Shown here one piece after another: positions 47,129 to 50,418 of a DNA stretch of 50,418 bases. The notes below the pieces were generated by a model that saw nothing but the letters and a program-made list of their open reading frames with translations, did no database searches and was not told where the DNA came from. This DNA comes from Campylobacteraceae bacterium (lineage in GTDB: Bacteria > Campylobacterota > Campylobacteria > Campylobacterales > Sulfurospirillaceae): the NCBI GenBank assembly GCA_027013245.1, contig JALUXT010000111.1, positions 1 to 50,418 on the forward strand, given 5' to 3'. Position 1 is the first letter of the stretch; each line of letters opens with the position of its first letter. Both the position numbers and the translations under genes were made by a program.

Positions 47129-48007
47129 ATGAATTTTGGCGAAATATTTGGTAGTTTTCGAAAAAGACAACCATCTCCTAGTGAAGCACCAACTCATTGG
47201 ATTAAGTGTAAAAATTGTCACTCTATTATGTATTACAAAGAAGTTGAAAACCAATTAAATGTATGCCCAAAATGTGGATTTCATCTAAGAATCGATGTAA
47301 AAAAACGAATAGAACAGATATCTGATACAGATACTTTTGTAGAATTTGATGCAGGCTTGGCTCCTGTAGATCCTTTAAAATTTGTAGATAAAAAGTCGTA
47401 CAAAAAAAGAATACAAGAAGCATACGCTAAAACTGGAAGAAATTCTTCTGCGGTATCTGGTGAATGCAGTATAAATGGAATTGATACGCAACTGATTGTT
47501 TTTGATTTTTCATTTATGGGTGGAAGTTTGAGTTCGGTTGAAGGTGAAAAAATCAACAGAGCAGTCCAAAGGGCAATAGAAAAAAAACAGGGCTTGGTGA
47601 TAGTAAGTGCAAGTGGTGGTGCTAGGATGCAAGAAAGTACATTTTCACTTTTTCAAATGTCTAAAACTTCAGCCGCATTAAAACAACTTGCAAATAAAAA
47701 ATTGCCATTTATCTCTGTTTTAACGGACCCAACTATGGGGGGTGTTAGTGCTTCTTTTGCGTGGCTTGGCGATATTATAATCGCAGAACCAGGGGCATTG
47801 ATTGGGTTTGCGGGGCAAAGAGTTATAAAGCAAACCATAGGTGCAGAACTACCTGAAGGATTTCAAAGAGCAGAGTTCTTGCTAGAGCATGGTTTGATTG
47901 ATATGATAGTTAAAAGAAGTGATTTGAAAAAAACGGTATCTGATATGTTGAGTTTTTTTCTTAGTGAGAAAGAAGATTTTCAATTAAAACTAAAAGAGAG
48001 TCTTTGA
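47129..48007 (+). CDS. accD: Acetyl-CoA carboxylase carboxyltransferase beta subunit
   Basis: WIKC..C / CPKC zinc finger; FMGGS; SGGARMQE; DPTMGGV; FAGQRVI. Confidence 0.96.
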   Translation: MNFGEIFGSFRKRQPSPSEAPTHWIKCKNCHSIMYYKEVENQLNVCPKCGFHLRIDVKKRIEQISDTDTFVEFDAGLAPVDPLKFVDKKSYKKRIQEAYAKTGRNSSAVSGECSINGIDTQLIVFDFSFMGGSLSSVEGEKINRAVQRAIEKKQGLVIVSASGGARMQESTFSLFQMSKTSAALKQLANKKLPFISVLTDPTMGGVSASFAWLGDIIIAEPGALIGFAGQRVIKQTIGAELPEGFQRAEFLLEHGLIDMIVKRSDLKKTVSDMLSFFLSEKEDFQLKLKESL

Positions 48008-48459
48008 ACATAACTGTTTACGCTATCGAAAAATCTAAAAATGAAGCGATGCAAAGTGTAATCAAAGATTATCTAAAGATGACAAAAAGATTTGCAAAAC
48101 TTGAAGATAAATCTATCTTCAACAAGCAAATAGCTTTGGCTCAGACAAAAGGAGATATAGAAGCAAAAAAATCTTATAGTAAGGCATATGAGCCATTTTT
48201 AAATGGATTTAATGTGGCATTGGATGTGTTAGGAGATGAGTTAGATAGTTTTGAGTTTAGTGAAATTTTTAAACAAAATTCAAATGTGAATTTCTTTATT
48301 GGAGGAGCATTTGGTTTTGAGAAAGAGTTTTTAAAGCAAACTCAAAAGGTTATAAGCTTAAGTCGGCTAACATATGCACATAAGGTTGCAAAGGTAGTAT
48401 TATTTGAGCAAATTTATAGAGGACTTTGCATAAATGCAAATCACCCTTACCATAAATAG
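48004..48459 (+). CDS. rlmH: 23S rRNA (pseudouridine1915-N3)-methyltransferase
   Basis: FFIGGAFG; SLSRLTYAH; EQIYR; HPYHK. Confidence 0.93.
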   Translation: MNITVYAIEKSKNEAMQSVIKDYLKMTKRFAKLEDKSIFNKQIALAQTKGDIEAKKSYSKAYEPFLNGFNVALDVLGDELDSFEFSEIFKQNSNVNFFIGGAFGFEKEFLKQTQKVISLSRLTYAHKVAKVVLFEQIYRGLCINANHPYHK

Positions 48460-48494
48460 GTTTCAATAATGTTATTAAAAAAATAGGTGGAAAA

Positions 48495-48854
48495 ATGAGA
48501 AAAAATGAATTAAAATTTTTTGAGGATATGTTGCTTGAGAGAAAAGCACAAATTATAAAAAATATAGAAGAATCAGCCAAAGGGATTACCGCCTTAACAC
48601 AACATGATGTTGGTGATGAAGCCGATCATGCTTCTGTGAGTACAGATAGAATGATTGAAGAAGCTATAAGCCAACAATTAAACAAAGAGTTGCGCGAGAT
48701 AGAGTATGCGCTCGGAAAGATAAGTGCTGGAACATACGGAATCTGTGAAATGTGTGAAGAAGATATCAGCTTTCAAAGACTTAAAGTGAAAGTACATGCA
48801 AAATATTGTATTACATGTAGAGAAATAATAGAAAAATCTGCAAATAAAAATTAA
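48495..48854 (+). CDS. dksA: RNA polymerase-binding protein DksA
   Basis: GDEADHA coiled-coil tip; YGICEMC...RL...CITC zinc finger. Confidence 0.92.
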   Translation: MRKNELKFFEDMLLERKAQIIKNIEESAKGITALTQHDVGDEADHASVSTDRMIEEAISQQLNKELREIEYALGKISAGTYGICEMCEEDISFQRLKVKVHAKYCITCREIIEKSANKN

Positions 48855-48872
48855 GACAAAGGTGGAAATGAA

Positions 48873-49886
48873 ATGGGAATAAAACGCTATATATTGCTCT
48901 CAATCGTATATATGCTAGCTGTGGGTTTGTATGTTTATAGTTTTAATGGAGATAAATATCCATTGGATTTATATGCATTATCGCTTGACCTACCTATTGC
49001 CGTATGGATAATTGTGCCAGTTTTTATCTTGTTTTTAGTTTCGATTTCTCATTTGTCTTATTATAGTTTTAAAGATTTTTTTTACAAAAGAGCGCTTCAA
49101 AAAGATTATGATACATTTTTAAATGTAGCAAAAAGAAAAATATTGGACGAAGATAGTAATCTAAAATTTAAAACAAAATGGTTTAAAATTCCAGGAATTT
49201 TTATAAAAAATTTCGATTATGCAGGCAAATTGGATGTAAGCCAAATTGATGATGACAAGATAAGGCAATACACCCAGCTTGTGGAAAAGATACAAAGTGG
49301 TAGTTATGAAGATATCAAAAAATACAAACTCCCAGCGACAAATAAAATATTTATAAAAAATGAAAAAAACAGATTGGAAAATGATCCAAAATATGCATAT
49401 ACAGTCCTTAAGACTTGCCACGATATTGATAATGAATTGTGTAAAATGGCTTATGATAAGCTCCTAGATATAGCAACATTTGCAGAGATTAAGAAGTACG
49501 ATTTTCCTATAGATAAAGACATTTTTAGAAAGATGATGGAGAGATATTTAGACGAAGAAGATGAGTTTGATATAGATATAAATTCAATTGAAAATATGCT
49601 AGAACAATTTAACGCAAATAATGAAGATTACTTAGAGTTGGCACAAGAAATTAAAGTAAAATTGGACCCTGAAAGGCTTATAAAACTATTTAGAAAATTA
49701 TATAATGAAAAAGGACAATTGGCTGCAAATGCATATCTTTATATTCTTTATGAGTTGCAAATGATAGATAAAGTCAGAGAGATTTTGGAAAACTCTGATG
49801 AAGATGAATTCTTAAAATTTAAAACTCTTCTATTTTTGCGCGACCACGGAAAGACTATAGATACTATAAAATTTTTAAAGGTATAA
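48873..49886 (+). CDS. Conserved membrane protein with two N-terminal TM helices, function unknown
   Basis: Long ORF between dksA and dus; LPIAVW motif; helical C-terminal region. Confidence 0.85.
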   Translation: MGIKRYILLSIVYMLAVGLYVYSFNGDKYPLDLYALSLDLPIAVWIIVPVFILFLVSISHLSYYSFKDFFYKRALQKDYDTFLNVAKRKILDEDSNLKFKTKWFKIPGIFIKNFDYAGKLDVSQIDDDKIRQYTQLVEKIQSGSYEDIKKYKLPATNKIFIKNEKNRLENDPKYAYTVLKTCHDIDNELCKMAYDKLLDIATFAEIKKYDFPIDKDIFRKMMERYLDEEDEFDIDINSIENMLEQFNANNEDYLELAQEIKVKLDPERLIKLFRKLYNEKGQLAANAYLYILYELQMIDKVREILENSDEDEFLKFKTLLFLRDHGKTIDTIKFLKV

Positions 49887-49888
49887 AT

Positions 49889-50418
49889 ATAGCAAAGATT
49901 GATTTTGACCAAGGCATTGTTGCCTTGGCTCCACTTGCTGGTTTTACTGACCTTCCTTTTCGCTCCTTAGTGAAAAAGTTTGATGCTGATTTGACTTTTT
50001 CAGAGATGATTAGTGCAAATGCTTTAGTGCATAATTCTAAAAAAACTTATAAAATGTTAGAAAAATCCCCTTTAGAGACGCCATACATCGTTCAAATCGC
50101 AGGCTCAGATTTAGATGTTATAAAAAAAGCAGTGGAGATTTTAAACGAGATTGATGGAATTGATGGTATAGATTTGAATTGTGGCTGTCCTGTACCTAAA
50201 GTAGTCGCTCAATGTGCTGGTTCATCTTTACTTCAAGATCTATCAAAAGTGCAAAAAGTTTTGGAAACTATAAAGAAATATTCTAACAAAGAGTACCTAA
50301 GTGCAAAAGTTAGACTTGGCTTTAACGAAAAAATTCCCGAAGAAATTGCTTTGGCATGCCAAAGAGCTGGTGTTGATTTTATGAGTATGCATGGACGAAC
50401 AAGGGCAGGAAGATATAA
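49889..50418 (+). CDS. dusB: tRNA-dihydrouridine synthase, truncated by the window end
   Basis: KIDFDQGIVALAPLAGFTDLPFR; FSEMIS; QIAGS; IDLNCGCP; KVRLG; MHGRT. Absent from the ORF track because it has no stop in the window; start codon uncertain. Confidence 0.88.
   Translation, partial: MAKIDFDQGIVALAPLAGFTDLPFRSLVKKFDADLTFSEMISANALVHNSKKTYKMLEKSPLETPYIVQIAGSDLDVIKKAVEILNEIDGIDGIDLNCGCPVPKVVAQCAGSSLLQDLSKVQKVLETIKKYSNKEYLSAKVRLGFNEKIPEEIALACQRAGVDFMSMHGRTRAGRY

Overview
AT-rich chromosomal window from a Campylobacterota (epsilonproteobacterial) organism. Gene order and protein style suggest a Sulfurospirillum-like free-living lineage (inference). Both flanks are core housekeeping blocks: ileS-gatA-guaB-metX-xseB-nitrilase-dapC-murC-mutS2-dapE-ridA-mqo on the left, and recO, gltBD, accD, rlmH, dksA, dus on the right. 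The centre carries the ATP citrate lyase genes aclBA (reverse TCA marker) and a complete minus-strand cytoplasmic respiratory nitrate reductase cluster (cytochrome c-narG-narH-narJ-narI-narK-hemerythrin-narK), which is atypical for a phylum that normally uses Nap. The cluster has a perfect FNR-type box at -41.5 and a ~240-nt leader containing a ~190-nt degenerate palindrome. Also present are an SDR / SPL-like radical SAM / phosphorylase-fold trio interrupted by an MCP, and a diheme peroxidase-like gene coupled to a GGDEF-EAL sensor. The most striking non-coding signal is two diverged copies of an ~80-nt structured leader element, before guaB and before ridA. Each has covarying, mutually exclusive hairpins and a short uORF ending 1 nt before the downstream ATG. 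A separate 59-bp perfect GGGGTCAG palindrome sits between the nitrilase gene and dapC. No rRNA, tRNA, CRISPR array or transposase was recognised.
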